This document shows, piece after piece, positions 31,056 to 42,291 of a stretch of 57,538 nucleotides of DNA. Both the position numbers and the translations under genes were made by a program. Source of the DNA: Promethearchaeota archaeon. Its GTDB lineage: Archaea > Asgardarchaeota > Lokiarchaeia > Sigyniarchaeales > SOKP01. A model generated the notes under the pieces. The model saw only the letters and a list, made by a program, of their open reading frames with translations. It had not been told where the DNA came from and ran no database searches. The stretch is taken from contig JBHLPW010000030.1 of NCBI GenBank assembly GCA_048939015.1, positions 1 to 57,538 on the forward strand, read 5' to 3'. How positions within the stretch are numbered: the first letter of the stretch is position 1; each line of letters opens with the position of its first letter.

Positions 31056-31406
31056 TTAGTTATGTTGAATTAGGGCTATTTTAGCTCCATTTGGATCTTC
31101 TAAGAATGCAAGGGTTCCAACCGTTATTGGCACAGGTTCCATGGTTATTTTGGCACCTTTAGATTTAAGTTCTTTCACTGTGGATTTTACGTCTTCAACT
31201 TCCATTCCCACCGAAAACAAGCCAATTTCATTTTCTGTATTTTTTATAAGTTCTATCATAGCATCTCCTTGGCCTTTCAATAATGTTATTATTACTCCCG
31301 GTAGGGGATTATATTGGCTATCTACTTCAAATCCCATAACTTCTGTATAAAATTTAACAGACTTTTCCATATTCTCAACAATTATAGTTGCGTATTTAAC
31401 TTTCAT
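31056..31406 (-). CDS. VOC/glyoxalase family protein
   Basis: [18 protein letters not shown] and [15 protein letters not shown]. Confidence 0.9.
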   Translation of the reverse strand: MKVKYATIIVENMEKSVKFYTEVMGFEVDSQYNPLPGVIITLLKGQGDAMIELIKNTENEIGLFSVGMEVEDVKSTVKELKSKGAKITMEPVPITVGTLAFLEDPNGAKIALIQHN

Positions 31407-31549
31407 ATTTAATCTCCTTATGAATAATTTTGTTTATCATTAATTATTTTTATTGTTATTGAAAAGGTAGTCAATTGAGGATTTTAGAATGGAGAGATAA
31501 ATTCAGAGTCTGATTTCAAGGAAATTTTAGTGAAAATTTTAGATAAAGC

Positions 31550-32332
31550 TTACATTCTCTCATAAGAATAATGAGTATTGCGTATTGAAAATCCTATTTT
31601 CTTGTATGTATGGACAGCAGGAGCATTAGCCACCCTTACCGTAATAAAACACTCCTTTTTTTCTTGAAATAATTCTTTTAAGGCTGATGAGATTAGTGAA
31701 CTAGCATAATCTTGGTTCCAGTAATCTGGATGAGTCCCGACGATGGTTACATATCCTATACTTTCATATTTCCATATAGTAACAATACAAATCAAATCTT
31801 TCTGATTAAAAATACCATACCAAGTATTATTTTCATCAATTATGATATCCCCTGGCTTGGGCGAACCCCAGAAAATAGGATCAGCAATTTTCATTAATGA
31901 AATTATCTCTTCTCTATGAGATTCATTTAGTTTTTGGTATGTGTATTTCTCAAAATCCTTTTGATCTCCTTTTCTTAAACCCATAAAATACAACGCAATT
32001 TCTTTATTATAATCTGGAAAGAATTTTGAGATCAATTTTTTATGGATATCAAATCCAGCAATAGATATCGGACTATAATTCTTTCCATTTAGTAAAAATT
32101 CAAGACCTACGACTGTTCCTCTCAAGTGAATTCTGCGATTTTCCCAGATTAAAACCATTCCTTTTACTTTTTCTTCATTATCTAATGCCATATAAATTTC
32201 AGTTCTTTCCGGATATTGACCATAGTCCGCATGAAAAAAAAAGTATTCAGCAAAGTTATTTTTAATATAGTCATAGAAAAAGGCTTCATTATCAGGTGTT
32301 ACTCGAATTGACCTTAATCGATCATGCGTCAT
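31550..32332 (-). CDS. GNAT acetyltransferase (FR47-like C-terminal domain)
   Basis: VGTHPDYWNQDYAS and NAPAVHTYKKIGF. Confidence 0.85.
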   Translation of the reverse strand: MTHDRLRSIRVTPDNEAFFYDYIKNNFAEYFFFHADYGQYPERTEIYMALDNEEKVKGMVLIWENRRIHLRGTVVGLEFLLNGKNYSPISIAGFDIHKKLISKFFPDYNKEIALYFMGLRKGDQKDFEKYTYQKLNESHREEIISLMKIADPIFWGSPKPGDIIIDENNTWYGIFNQKDLICIVTIWKYESIGYVTIVGTHPDYWNQDYASSLISSALKELFQEKKECFITVRVANAPAVHTYKKIGFSIRNTHYSYERM

Positions 32333-32524
32333 AGAATAACCTAATTATTTTAAAACAATAAAAATTTCGATCAAAAAATCCTTCGATAATTATAAGTATA
32401 AAGGAGAACCCTATCATTTCCTACAAACCTGTATATGAAACTCCGAATTTTTCGCTAAGCTCATAATTGATTATTCACATTAAAATAAATATAGTAATTT
32501 TAAAAATTAGATTAATGCAATACT

Positions 32525-34360
32525 ATGAAGGAAAAAATGGTCATAAAAACCCGAAAAGTTAGACAACTAAAGAGATCATGTTATCTAGAAAAGATAAAAC
32601 CAATAATTCCTAAAAATGAAAAAGTTCTTAACATTCAATTTAATATTGAAGCTATTAATCGAGTGGTGGGTTATGTTGTTATCCCTCTCTTTGCCATATT
32701 TCCTCCCAGTGTACTACTCTTCTTAGAAATTACTCCCCCATCTATTACGTATTTCTTAATATCCTCAATTCTGGGGATTATAATCGAACTATCCTTCGTA
32801 CTTGTGAGTAAAAAGGGATATAAAATTAAAATGCTTGTTTTTACTAATGTTGGAATTCACCTGTTTGATAATAAATTTAAGGAAGAATCGGTAAAATTTA
32901 GTGAAATGGAAAACCTATCTTTTCAAGGATACCCATTACACGTTCAATCAACAAAATCTAGCATTAATTTTGATTTATATTTTAAAATGGACTCGTTTTT
33001 GGATTCATTAAAATTCTTGTATTTTATATTGAATTATTATTGCAATCCCAAAGTTCAGATTAAAAATAGATTAATCCATAAAAAAGTGCCAAACGTGGAA
33101 ATTCAACTTCAAAATCTCATCTCGAAATCGAAATTTAAAATCTCAAATGAGAGGCTCACAGATATTCAAAAAAGAAAAGGCAACCTCTTGATCAAATACG
33201 TTATTTATGAGATTCTCACTTTTTTTATTATGTTTTTACTTATTTTCCTTGTCTATAATCTAACGGCTACTAGGGAGGAATGGTTTCTTTTTATTATGGT
33301 TGATATTTTAATATTGATAATAGGAGGTACAATTTTAATCGGGATCCCTATTACTCTGACTTATCTCAATAAATCATTTAAAAGGATGAATTACTTACCT
33401 GATAGTAATTTTAAAGTATGTCCTGATGGCATTAAAGCAATTTCTGATTCAGGAGATATATGGATTCCCTTTGAGGAAAATCTTATTATTGGCGCTTATG
33501 ACACTCTAGAGAAAATCTTCTCGGTTTCCATTCTTGATGGAGTAGGATTTGTACGATATGGTGAAAAAACGAGAATTTCTCAGATAGGGCCAGTAGAAGA
33601 TTATAAGTATTTTAAGGATATTATAATATATCATTATCTGAAATGGTTGGAAGAAAAAGGCTTGCTTCTTAATGAAGATAACATAAAAGAACGATATATT
33701 CTTTCAGATCCAATTAAAAAATCCATTGCAGAAAAAATTATGCTAGAAGAAGAACTAGTTACTCCAGATATATCTACCCTCCCTTCATTTTCAATGGATT
33801 CAGAAAAAGCAATTTTCAAATATCCAAAAGTATTATATCGCCGTTATATCACTGAGGACGAAAAAATTTATCACATTCATCATCAAGCAACCCTTCCACC
33901 TTCGATTAAAAGCAAAATTCTTTTGCAACTCACATTCATTATTATCTTTAGTATTAGTGCATTAATTCTTTATTATCTTCAATATAGTATCCCAAGTCTT
34001 CTATATTTCTATACATTCCTGTTAATACCAGTTGTGTGCTTAGGACTTTATCTACTAAATAACATAATCACTTTTCAAAAGATAAAACGCTTAGAAGTAA
34101 TATTTACGGAATCAAAAATAATTTTTAAGCAGCGAGATTGGTTATATCCATTATCATATCACAATATAAAGATAGTATATAAAATCTCTGAGAATGAAAA
34201 AAAGCGTTATTATAGATATTTAAGTTTTCTTGCAATCAAAAGGTCAAACATCATGACTCTTCATGGCATTAGCTTTGATAGTCCAATAATTCCAATAATA
34301 GAATCCAAATGCAAAGTACAATACAGTGATTATGATGTAAAACTAGTGAAAAGCACTTAG
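32525..34360 (+). CDS. hypothetical membrane protein with three TM-hairpin + beta-rich (PH-like) modules
   Basis: Three TM pairs, each followed by a soluble segment (LVFTNVGIH; VIFTESKIIF). Confidence 0.6.
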   Translation: MKEKMVIKTRKVRQLKRSCYLEKIKPIIPKNEKVLNIQFNIEAINRVVGYVVIPLFAIFPPSVLLFLEITPPSITYFLISSILGIIIELSFVLVSKKGYKIKMLVFTNVGIHLFDNKFKEESVKFSEMENLSFQGYPLHVQSTKSSINFDLYFKMDSFLDSLKFLYFILNYYCNPKVQIKNRLIHKKVPNVEIQLQNLISKSKFKISNERLTDIQKRKGNLLIKYVIYEILTFFIMFLLIFLVYNLTATREEWFLFIMVDILILIIGGTILIGIPITLTYLNKSFKRMNYLPDSNFKVCPDGIKAISDSGDIWIPFEENLIIGAYDTLEKIFSVSILDGVGFVRYGEKTRISQIGPVEDYKYFKDIIIYHYLKWLEEKGLLLNEDNIKERYILSDPIKKSIAEKIMLEEELVTPDISTLPSFSMDSEKAIFKYPKVLYRRYITEDEKIYHIHHQATLPPSIKSKILLQLTFIIIFSISALILYYLQYSIPSLLYFYTFLLIPVVCLGLYLLNNIITFQKIKRLEVIFTESKIIFKQRDWLYPLSYHNIKIVYKISENEKKRYYRYLSFLAIKRSNIMTLHGISFDSPIIPIIESKCKVQYSDYDVKLVKST

Positions 34361-34528
34361 AATTTAAAAAAAGAAAAATAATTATGATTAGAGATTAATT
34401 AATAACCCTAATTGGATGTTGAATTTATAAAGAAACATATACATTTTTAACTCTTAATTTTTTTATAGTATCATACTTAATTTGCAAAATCAATTAATAA
34501 AATTCTTTCGATCTATGCTGTGATTTTT

Positions 34529-36868
34529 ATGAATCGAAATCAAAAATTAATTATTGGAATAGTTCTAATCGTTATTGTCGCATTTTCGGGTAGTTTATTA
34601 GCATGGTTCCTTTTTTTTAGAGACTTTCCAGGAGATGTAGTTTTTTACTATCCAGACTTGACAATATCCGATTATTCTCTTGAAGATGATAATCTTGAGG
34701 CTGAAATTACAAATATAGGAGATTTAAATACCACTGGGGTTATTATTGTCGCGGAAATTGATTCATTGGATCTAACATTATATAATAACTCACAAACTCC
34801 TGTAGATCTTCAGATTAATGAAATGTTCAACTTTTCTGTTGACCTTAGAGATTTTGCATCATTTTTCACTTCTGGAAATACATACACTATTAAAATACAA
34901 GTAGATCCCAATGATGATATCATTGAAGAAAATGAAAACAACAATGAAATCACCGTCGATTATTACTATGTAACATCCCCTTCATTGAGTTTATTCCCTC
35001 CAAATACATATTCCCTGAATTCTACAATAGATACTTTTGGATATGCAATTGTGTTTAATGCTAGCGAAATAATATTAGATGACTCCTTAATAATCACAAA
35101 TGGAACTATTAATGGCTACACTGTGGTAAATTCCACAATTTTGGAGAATACTACTGTTCTTTCTAGTGAGTTCTCAATAACAATAGCTCTTTATAGCGCA
35201 CAAAACTTAACTATTCGAAACATATGGAATTCACGACTTTGTGTAGTTTTATGCGATCAAAGCAAGCTCTCACTTATTAATTGCAGTATTCAACAACTTC
35301 TTATTACCGGTTCTAATAATATTGTTATTTCAAATAGTACTGTAGAATTCATTACTACTATTCAAACTCTAGTGAATTTAGCTTCCTTAAGAATTTTAGA
35401 TAATTCAAAAATTAATTATTGCTTTATTTCCTGTGCTATATCTCTAGATATTGAATTCGCAAATATTCATAATTTTTACATTATAGCGAGTGCGTTCCCC
35501 TATTCTCAACAAAAGGGATATTACATAACTGGAAGTGTAAGGAATTGTACGATCTATGGGATGCAAGTTTATGGTCAGACTATATTAAACATTTACGGCA
35601 CTGACATCTACCAAGTAAATCTCGTAGGTAATACTAAACTAAACCTGATTCAATGTGTCATTGATGAAGTATACGTTTATCAACAGGCCTTCTGTACTTT
35701 TGATAAATCCGAAGTTCTTTCTGAATTAAATTATGGAATTATTGTATCCTCAGGGTCTGTGAATATTACGAATGGGGTAATTCAGGGTACATCCTTTCTA
35801 AATAACACCCTTCTCATTAATTCAAATGTTGCTAAGACAACTTTAATGAGTCTAACCGTTAATAATACTGGAAAAGTGTCAATATACAATTTTTCATGTA
35901 ATATCTTCGTATATGATAATGCCGAATTTATTATTACTGATACTAATCCCACCGAAGCAGATTCAAATGGAGTTTATCTTGAAGGATCATCTAGTTTTAT
36001 CGGAAGTAATTCGAGTTTTGGGTTTGTATATTGTCAAGGAAATGGTGCTTTAAATCTTTCCAAAGAGTGTTCGATTCAAACTCTATTCATTAATAGCACT
36101 AACAATATTCAAATAAATAATTGCTCATGCAACGAAATTGCATGGTTTTCTGAACACCTCGGGGGTTATACCGCTGAAATTATTAATTCTACTGTTGGCG
36201 ACTTCCAAGCTCCTCCTTCATGTCAAGTTGATATTATCAACAGTTCAATCGATCATCTATATGAAGGGATTAAATTTCAATCTGGTATAAATGTTTACAA
36301 CACCTCAGGGATTTTTGGAGGAGGTTCGATATCAAACTATTTGAATATTAGCGGATCCACAATAAATCAGAGAACCTATAAATACATTGAGATTACGGGA
36401 GGGGCTAATGTAGTGATGGAGGATCTGTATAATGAATTTAGTATTACTATTGAATCAGGAGATTTATCAGTAAGAAATTGCACTTTCGATTTATTACAGA
36501 TGAGAAATGACGCAGTTGTATATTTGGATAATTGCACAGCACCGGATAAAGGTTCTTTTGCTTCGTTTATGACCAGCCTGTTTGGCCCTCAAACAATTAT
36601 CTGCTTAGAAGATTCTCAGCTTTATATTAATAACTCAAAATTATTAGATGGGAATCTAATATTTCTCTATAATAACGCTCAAATGAATATAAATGATTCT
36701 ATAGTATTCGCCGTTCAACTTTTTCATGCATCAAGAGCGACTATCGTTAACTCAGATCTCTGGAGTATAACGATCGTAGCGTCGTCTTTAGTTGATTATG
36801 CCCTGAAACTAATAAATTGTACAACCCAAGGTTTACTAACATACTCATGGAATTTTTTTAATCTTTAA
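34529..36868 (+). CDS. membrane-anchored surface protein: CARDB-like Ig domain + right-handed beta-helix
   Basis: N-terminal TM; PDLTIS...TNIG...VDPNDDIIEENENNNE; long I/N/S-periodic repeats. Confidence 0.75.
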   Translation: MNRNQKLIIGIVLIVIVAFSGSLLAWFLFFRDFPGDVVFYYPDLTISDYSLEDDNLEAEITNIGDLNTTGVIIVAEIDSLDLTLYNNSQTPVDLQINEMFNFSVDLRDFASFFTSGNTYTIKIQVDPNDDIIEENENNNEITVDYYYVTSPSLSLFPPNTYSLNSTIDTFGYAIVFNASEIILDDSLIITNGTINGYTVVNSTILENTTVLSSEFSITIALYSAQNLTIRNIWNSRLCVVLCDQSKLSLINCSIQQLLITGSNNIVISNSTVEFITTIQTLVNLASLRILDNSKINYCFISCAISLDIEFANIHNFYIIASAFPYSQQKGYYITGSVRNCTIYGMQVYGQTILNIYGTDIYQVNLVGNTKLNLIQCVIDEVYVYQQAFCTFDKSEVLSELNYGIIVSSGSVNITNGVIQGTSFLNNTLLINSNVAKTTLMSLTVNNTGKVSIYNFSCNIFVYDNAEFIITDTNPTEADSNGVYLEGSSSFIGSNSSFGFVYCQGNGALNLSKECSIQTLFINSTNNIQINNCSCNEIAWFSEHLGGYTAEIINSTVGDFQAPPSCQVDIINSSIDHLYEGIKFQSGINVYNTSGIFGGGSISNYLNISGSTINQRTYKYIEITGGANVVMEDLYNEFSITIESGDLSVRNCTFDLLQMRNDAVVYLDNCTAPDKGSFASFMTSLFGPQTIICLEDSQLYINNSKLLDGNLIFLYNNAQMNINDSIVFAVQLFHASRATIVNSDLWSITIVASSLVDYALKLINCTTQGLLTYSWNFFNL

Positions 36869-36930
36869 TTTTTTTTTTAATTTTTTTAACTTTTGAAGAG
36901 ATTGGTATTATCTATTAAAATTCCACTTTC

Positions 36931-37548
36931 TTATTTAGGAAAACCTTTTGTATCATCCTCCAATTGTACACCTAAAGTATTTAGTGCCATACTTACTAAA
37001 TTGTACTGACCGACAGTAAAAACTAAATCCAAAAGTTGATGTGTATTATACTTTTCGGCAAGTGTCTTCCAAGTAGGATCACTAATGAAAGAGTCATAAT
37101 AAAGCTCATCTACCGCTTTTAGTAGAATTGCATCAAATTTATTCCATCGGTTTGAATCTGGACCATCAATGATTCCTTGAATTTCATCATCAGTAAGCCC
37201 AATTTCCTTTCCAATCTTGACATGTTGACCCCATTCATATTCTGCTTGACAAAGCCAACCGATACGAAGTATAAGAATCTCTCGTTCCCTAGCAGACAGA
37301 GATGACTTACCCAAAATATGTCTAGCAAATACGAGCCATCGTTTAAGGAGTTTTTCATGTCTAGCTAGCGTCGGAAAAATGTTAATAATTCGATCGCTTT
37401 TTTCATCAACCATTGGTTTTAAAAGGGCTTTAACTTCTTCGTTCCACTCTGATTCTTTTAGTGGATAAACTCTGGGTTGTTTAAGCCTTATCCTTTCTCG
37501 ATCAATATCTTTTCTTCCTTTTTGAAATTCATCTATTTTTTTTTTGAT
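36931..37548 (-). CDS. carboxymuconolactone decarboxylase (CMD/AhpD) family protein
   Basis: NIFPTLARH, REREILILR, YEWGQH, VGQYNLVS; frame is open upstream of ATG 37413 through PRVYPLKESEW to 37560; proposed ATC start at 37548. Confidence 0.85.
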   Translation of the reverse strand: MKKKIDEFQKGRKDIDRERIRLKQPRVYPLKESEWNEEVKALLKPMVDEKSDRIINIFPTLARHEKLLKRWLVFARHILGKSSLSAREREILILRIGWLCQAEYEWGQHVKIGKEIGLTDDEIQGIIDGPDSNRWNKFDAILLKAVDELYYDSFISDPTWKTLAEKYNTHQLLDLVFTVGQYNLVSMALNTLGVQLEDDTKGFPK

Positions 37549-37569
37549 TGTTTTTACACCTCAATCTCA

Positions 37570-38370
37570 TTATCCTATTCTTGAACTTTGACCTCCGTCA
37601 ACTGGGAGTATAACTGAAGTAATAAATTTGGCTTCATCTGATGCTAAGAAAAGTGCAGCATAAGCAGTGTCCCAAGCATCTCCCATTCCCCCTTTTAATG
37701 GGACTGCACTATTCCTCTCTTTGATTAAATCTTCTTTGCTTATTCCTCTTGCTCTTGATATTCCCTCAATAGCCATGGGGGTATTCATGTATCCAGGCAT
37801 AATAGCATTGATGCGGATTCCTTTCTTAGCATATTTCATAGCTAGTTGATGAGTTAAAGAATTAACTCCTGATTTTGATATTTTATAAGCTACTAAAGGC
37901 GTAGCACAAATAGATGCAATAGAAGATATGTTGATGACAGAACCACTTTCCTGTTTCTCCATAACAGGCAATACATATTTACATGTGAAAAACATTCCTT
38001 TTAGGTTAGTATTAAAAATTTTATCCCAAACTTCTTCGCTCAAATTTACCGCACTCCGGTCTCCCTCTCCTATACCAACATTATTGACAAGGATATCGAT
38101 TCGACCATATGCATCAACACATTTTTTCGCTATTTGGCGACAATTCTCCTCTTTTACAATATTAGCTTTGAAAGTAAACGATTCTTTGCCTTCCTTATCT
38201 ATCATTAACTTTGTTTCCAAAGCAGAATCAATATTTTGGTCAACAAGCATAACTTTGGCACCCTCACGGGCAAAAAGTAGTGAAATTGCTCTCCCGTTAC
38301 CTATTGTATCTCCTGATTGCTGTCCTGCTCCAATGATTATCGCAACTTTATCCTTCAAACGATCTCCCAT
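37570..38370 (-). CDS. short-chain dehydrogenase/reductase
   Basis: GAG..GDTIGNGRA, NNVGI, YKISK, PGYMNTP, VDGG. Confidence 0.92.
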   Translation of the reverse strand: MGDRLKDKVAIIIGAGQQSGDTIGNGRAISLLFAREGAKVMLVDQNIDSALETKLMIDKEGKESFTFKANIVKEENCRQIAKKCVDAYGRIDILVNNVGIGEGDRSAVNLSEEVWDKIFNTNLKGMFFTCKYVLPVMEKQESGSVINISSIASICATPLVAYKISKSGVNSLTHQLAMKYAKKGIRINAIMPGYMNTPMAIEGISRARGISKEDLIKERNSAVPLKGGMGDAWDTAYAALFLASDEAKFITSVILPVDGGQSSRIG

Positions 38371-38673
38371 TCTATTCCACTCCAATATCTATCTTAATTT
38401 AACTACAATTCTAATTACTTTTGATAATATCTAATAATTTTATTCCTTTACTTATTTTGAAAAATTTTTGGCTTATCACATGTTTTTAAATCTCCTAATC
38501 TTTTGAAATATGTAGTTCATTGCATCGGACCGTTTGAATTTAATCGATTTCTGCTGGAGACAAATGACTATAACAACTTCTGCAATATTCATGAGTTATT
38601 ACTTTAGAATATAGATTTGGATTAATAAAAAAGAATAAAAAAAAAGTTGATTTTACTATAAATTTTTAACTTA

Positions 38674-39267
38674 CTATGATTTTAGCTCCATCACCCAAAG
38701 TGATCTTGTGTTATCATAACCAGGATCAGCAACGCTTAGATAAGTATATTCTGTTGAATCATATAGTGACATCCAATACATCGCTATATTGTACGTCCCT
38801 GCCGATAATGGGCCAGTAAGATACTCAATATTAAGATTATATGTGTATTCTTGCATAATCAACCCTACTGTTGGACGGGGATCATAATGGACGATTGAAA
38901 AACTTCGATTCCCAACGCCTTCTACTACCAAAGATATACTGTAAGCGCTGTAGTTGGCAAAACTATAGCTCAACCATAAATAACTTACGGATGAAAATGA
39001 AACATATAGATGAGAATTCTCTTGAATTGTAATACTTAATTCGGTATCATTCATCTTTTGATAAGCAACGTTATAATCGGTAACCCATGCATCAGTATCC
39101 CATTCTTGATATTTATACTGAAGAACAAGATCGTTCTCCTCAAGTATCGACACTTTGTTTAGCTCTGGAAGTAAAACAGGCCCTATTAAATATAGTAATC
39201 CTGCAGTAATTAATACAGAACAAATAATACTCACTATAATACCAATTATCACAGATTTAGCTGACAT
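38674..39267 (-). CDS. membrane-anchored beta-sandwich hypothetical protein
   Basis: N-terminal TM, beta-rich body, LSAGTYNI; AAGGTGG RBS before ATG 39267. Confidence 0.65.
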   Translation of the reverse strand: MSAKSVIIGIIVSIICSVLITAGLLYLIGPVLLPELNKVSILEENDLVLQYKYQEWDTDAWVTDYNVAYQKMNDTELSITIQENSHLYVSFSSVSYLWLSYSFANYSAYSISLVVEGVGNRSFSIVHYDPRPTVGLIMQEYTYNLNIEYLTGPLSAGTYNIAMYWMSLYDSTEYTYLSVADPGYDNTRSLWVMELKS

Positions 39268-39560
39268 GATTTCCACCTTAAATTAAATTAATTGACTTTT
39301 TTAAAAGAATTTCTTGTCGAAAAAATCGACCAATTTTTCAAATAATTAAGTTAATTGGATATATAAATTTTAGGTATCGCAAGGATTTTACAAACTACAA
39401 GTCTAAATAAGATTGTCAGCACTTATTATTGTAGAGAATCAAAAGAGAACATAATCATTAAACTAAGGATAAAATGAAGATATAAAATCTTTAACTTCAA
39501 AAAAGTCTAAGAAATGAAAATAAAGTTAAAGAGGGATTCAGAATCTATATTTTTTCAATT

Positions 39561-40121
39561 CTAAACCATTTTAGGGATTAGATCATCGGACTTTTTCTTT
39601 TTTGTATGGATTTCCAAAATTTTACGAGTTAGATCTTGGAGAGCTTCCTCTAAAATATCACCCTCTTCTGGTGAGACTTCGATATATACACCTCCTTTCT
39701 TCTCGGCAAATTCCCGAGCCTCCTCTCGAATAAGTTTGTTATTTGTTTGTTTCATTAATTCGATCGTGTTCCCAATTAAAATAAAAGGTATAAAGCCAGT
39801 CGTCTCATTTATCTCGGAAAACCATTCCCTTAATTCCTTATAGGTGAGTTCTTGTGATAAATCAAAAACCAATAACGCTCCTGCTGAACCTTTATAAAAA
39901 TTATCACGTAAAGACTTAAATCGATCTTGGCTTCCCACATCCCATATACTTAATGTAGCAACTTCTCCTCGTTCATATTCAATATCTCTTGTAAGAATAT
40001 CAACTCCAACAGTTAACTTGTAATTTCCAAAAAACCTATTTTTTCCGATTTTTTTAATTAATTTATTCTTACCCTTTGTTTCAGCACCTACCAGCAAAAT
40101 CTTTAACTTGAAGTTTGGCAT
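39561..40121 (-). CDS. degenerate Rab-like small GTPase
   Basis: G1 GAETKGKN, G2 TVGVD, G3 WDVGSQ, G4 GNTIE, G5 EVSP; GGAGG before ATG 40121. Confidence 0.88.
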   Translation of the reverse strand: MPNFKLKILLVGAETKGKNKLIKKIGKNRFFGNYKLTVGVDILTRDIEYERGEVATLSIWDVGSQDRFKSLRDNFYKGSAGALLVFDLSQELTYKELREWFSEINETTGFIPFILIGNTIELMKQTNNKLIREEAREFAEKKGGVYIEVSPEEGDILEEALQDLTRKILEIHTKKKKSDDLIPKMV

Positions 40122-40176
40122 AATGTTTTTTCCCTCCAATTATTGTAGAAAAAAACTTAGTATTTATAATTTGATG

Positions 40177-42123
40177 TTATGTTTGAGATTGGGTCTTAAC
40201 AGTAACAGTTATAGGTTCTTTCATTCGTCCACCACCTCCTCCAGGAGGTTTAAAGATAAATGGATAGGGAAAAAATCCGTCCTCATCATCATCTCTTTTG
40301 TGTCCGCACCATTCACAGGAATCCTTATCTTTCGGAATTTCTTTTCCACAATATGCACACCTAGAAATTACTCTTTTAACCTCATTTAGAAATTTCTTAG
40401 CAAAAATTTGCGCTTCTCCATCTCCTAATGCATTTTCATTAAAAGGATGTCCCATTAAAAATTCCATTCTTTCATTCCGAGATAATCTGGGTATATTGAT
40501 TTCCTGACCGCTAAGTTTCAAATTAATTGCTTGAATGCAATCTACAATATCTAAGGATTTATCTTCATCAGCTACACTCATGAGATTTTCGAGCGTTGTT
40601 TTAAGAGTAAGCAAAAATTTAGGATTGAAAAACTCTAAATGAGGTCGATGAGGGAATATTCTTGCCTTTAATAGAATACTCGAAATAAATATATCTTTAC
40701 CCTTAGGGAGATTTAAAATTTGTGTTATAATATCTGCACTTAACCTTGGAAACTTTGAAACAATAGTTCTAAGGAATTGAGAAAATATCCTCCGGTCAGA
40801 AGATAGATTTTTAATAAGGTCAGATGTCTCTAGAATTAATCTGAATTCTTCTGAATTGAACACATTTAAATAACCTTGAGTAAGGAGGTACTGAACGACA
40901 GAAGGGTAACCACTCTCGAGTCTCAGAGCAATTTCTTCTTTATAGATTCTTTTTGCCTTAGGGTCTCCCGCTATAGTCAACTCCCTTAGCAATGGAAATG
41001 AAATATTACTCATGAGAATCCTTGTATCATAATCATGTTCCACCCAAGCTTGAATATTAGAACAATGGCCCCAAAATTCTTGCTCTGGGGTAATATCATG
41101 GCTTTGATTTAAATCAGGACGTGCCATGGGACCCCTTACAATCCTGTTTTGAAATACATGTTTATTATATACTTTAGCTGCCTCATCGATAGAATCAACC
41201 TCATCATACAATGATATATCGTCTCTTGGAATGTTTAAGATTAAACGAATACACTGTATAAACCTTTTACCATTAACATAGATATGTGTTCTTCCATTTA
41301 TCAATTTGAGGGTGATATATTGATTTATTTCTTCTTCTATCGTTGCTTTTGGTATACTCTTATACTTTAAATTTTGATTCAACCATTCTTCACCAAACAA
41401 TTTCTTTTTTTTAGATTTTTTAAAAAATTTTGTAAAAATCATATCTTCTCGAATTAACATAACTAGTATAAATATGCCGGCTATCCCAAACATACTCCCG
41501 AAGAGTATACCGAAAAAGATTAAACCGTTCAAGAATTGTGGCTTTAATCCAATATAATTTAGTTCGATCCAGGCTATATCATCTTTCCGAGGTGCACCCT
41601 CTTTAGAATATCCTTGAATATATCCATCATTCTCTCCACCTCTTCCATATAAACAAATACTTATACCATCATTTACGATATAGTCAGGTTTCAAAGGAAT
41701 TCTAAAATCAAAACCATCGCATAAAATGTAACCATAAGATATCCCCAATTTCGGCTTATTATTCCAGGTTATAGTCATTTCATCCCACTTTTCATAGATA
41801 AGTTCTCCTCCCACATCAACCATATCCGATCCATAGTCGAAATTTACGATAATTGCTACCGTCCTCCACCCCTTAGGAAGTGAAGAAATGTTAAAGTGAT
41901 AAAACGTGTAAACCCTTCCCAAATCATAATTTCCTACGCGAAGATACTCATCTGCTCCAAAATTTGCTTTAGGATCATACTCTGCCACATAAGCATCTTT
42001 TTCAACCTTGATTGTCCGTTCAAATCCTCGAAAATGAGCCGTTATAAAGATTAAAGTCAAAGCTAAAATTCCAAGAACAATAATAAATATGATCCAAAAC
42101 TGTTTTTTAGTCCTGACTCTCAT
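40177..42123 (-). CDS. receptor-like protein: TM - DNRLRE/CBM96-like domain - TM - EFWGHCSN domain - helical region - zinc ribbon
   Basis: DAYV...NFG...WDEMTITWNNKP...YSKEG; second TM LIFFGILFGSMFGIAGIFILVMLI; EFWGHCSNIQAW; CAYC...CEWC. Confidence 0.8.
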   Translation of the reverse strand: MRVRTKKQFWIIFIIVLGILALTLIFITAHFRGFERTIKVEKDAYVAEYDPKANFGADEYLRVGNYDLGRVYTFYHFNISSLPKGWRTVAIIVNFDYGSDMVDVGGELIYEKWDEMTITWNNKPKLGISYGYILCDGFDFRIPLKPDYIVNDGISICLYGRGGENDGYIQGYSKEGAPRKDDIAWIELNYIGLKPQFLNGLIFFGILFGSMFGIAGIFILVMLIREDMIFTKFFKKSKKKKLFGEEWLNQNLKYKSIPKATIEEEINQYITLKLINGRTHIYVNGKRFIQCIRLILNIPRDDISLYDEVDSIDEAAKVYNKHVFQNRIVRGPMARPDLNQSHDITPEQEFWGHCSNIQAWVEHDYDTRILMSNISFPLLRELTIAGDPKAKRIYKEEIALRLESGYPSVVQYLLTQGYLNVFNSEEFRLILETSDLIKNLSSDRRIFSQFLRTIVSKFPRLSADIITQILNLPKGKDIFISSILLKARIFPHRPHLEFFNPKFLLTLKTTLENLMSVADEDKSLDIVDCIQAINLKLSGQEINIPRLSRNERMEFLMGHPFNENALGDGEAQIFAKKFLNEVKRVISRCAYCGKEIPKDKDSCEWCGHKRDDDEDGFFPYPFIFKPPGGGGGRMKEPITVTVKTQSQT

Positions 42124-42291
42124 TTTTCTCAGATTACACCCTTCTTATCGTTAGGGAATTTAATCTTTTTTCTCTCCCAATATTAATAAAAAACCCTAAC
42201 TATTTATATTTCCTTTTTGATGGTACTGGAAAACTTTTTTTAACAAAACAAATATAGCTGAATGGATTAATAGAGTTAATTTCTTTATATC

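Noticed and set aside
9070-36868. Integron-like cassette array (many unrelated, mostly co-oriented accessory genes)
   Set aside because: No recurring attC-like imperfect palindromes were seen between genes and there is no integron integrase.
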